A stretch of DNA of 64,000 nucleotides, from positions 186,001-250,000 of the IMG/VR virus record IMGVR_UViG_3300034073_005389; one strand, written 5' to 3'. A program made the position numbers and the translations under genes. This document shows positions 63,978 through 64,000 of this stretch, in pieces; position 1 is the stretch's first letter, and every line of letters begins with the position of its first letter. The notes under the pieces were generated by a model. It saw only the letters and a list, made by a program, of their open reading frames with translations, was not told the DNA's origin and did no database searches.

Positions 63978-64000
63978 GCTGGGCTCAATATCAATTGTAC

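Noticed and set aside
1-64000. Stop-codon reassignment (code 15 or 4)
   Set aside because: Conserved genes are full-length under code 11; TAG (e.g. 1723, 40460) and TGA terminate genes right before the next SD/start
1-64000. CRISPR array, integrase or IS element
   Set aside because: No regularly spaced repeats with unique spacers and no recombinase or transposase motifs; repeats at 10636, 16819 and 47621 are in-frame coding linkers
1-64000. Cellular (CPR or endosymbiont) chromosome, or eukaryotic giant virus
   Set aside because: Housekeeping genes are isolated singletons among ORFans; SD motifs, sigma70 promoters, tmRNA and an endolysin point to a bacteriophage. Not fully excluded without structural genes

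Overview
An AT-rich, densely coding 64-kb segment with almost every gene on the minus strand. It reads best as part of a jumbo/huge dsDNA bacteriophage genome, not a cell chromosome. Host-type genes (rpsU/bS21, infC, dksA, clpP, topA, ligA, purA, trxA, two HU-like genes, a complete tmRNA) occur as isolated singletons among many hypothetical ORFs, HNH-type nucleases, a GH24 endolysin, an rIIA-like ATPase and a MoxR/VWA pair. The standard genetic code fits, and I saw no CRISPR array, rRNA, tRNA or integrase. Main points: (1) a ~17-kb soluble sugar-nucleotide/methyltransferase/glycosyltransferase island (23.8-40.4 kb) with no membrane assembly genes, built from repeated GT9-like and DUF4254-like modules, suggesting virion glycosylation as in giant viruses; (2) a trans-translation/proteolysis kit: tmRNA with tag ANDNAFAPMALAA, active ClpP beside a triad-less ClpR-like paralog, and an HslV/proteasome-beta-like protease; (3) ten sigma70-like promoters that all have a 16-bp spacer; (4) several host-like proteins with catalytic residues lost or altered (ClpR-like, Thg1-like, metallophosphoesterase-like, MazG-like, DksA tip variant); (5) a dispersed Zn-ribbon paralog family with a shared hydrophobic C-terminal motif. 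All assignments come from motif recognition by eye; no database search was run.
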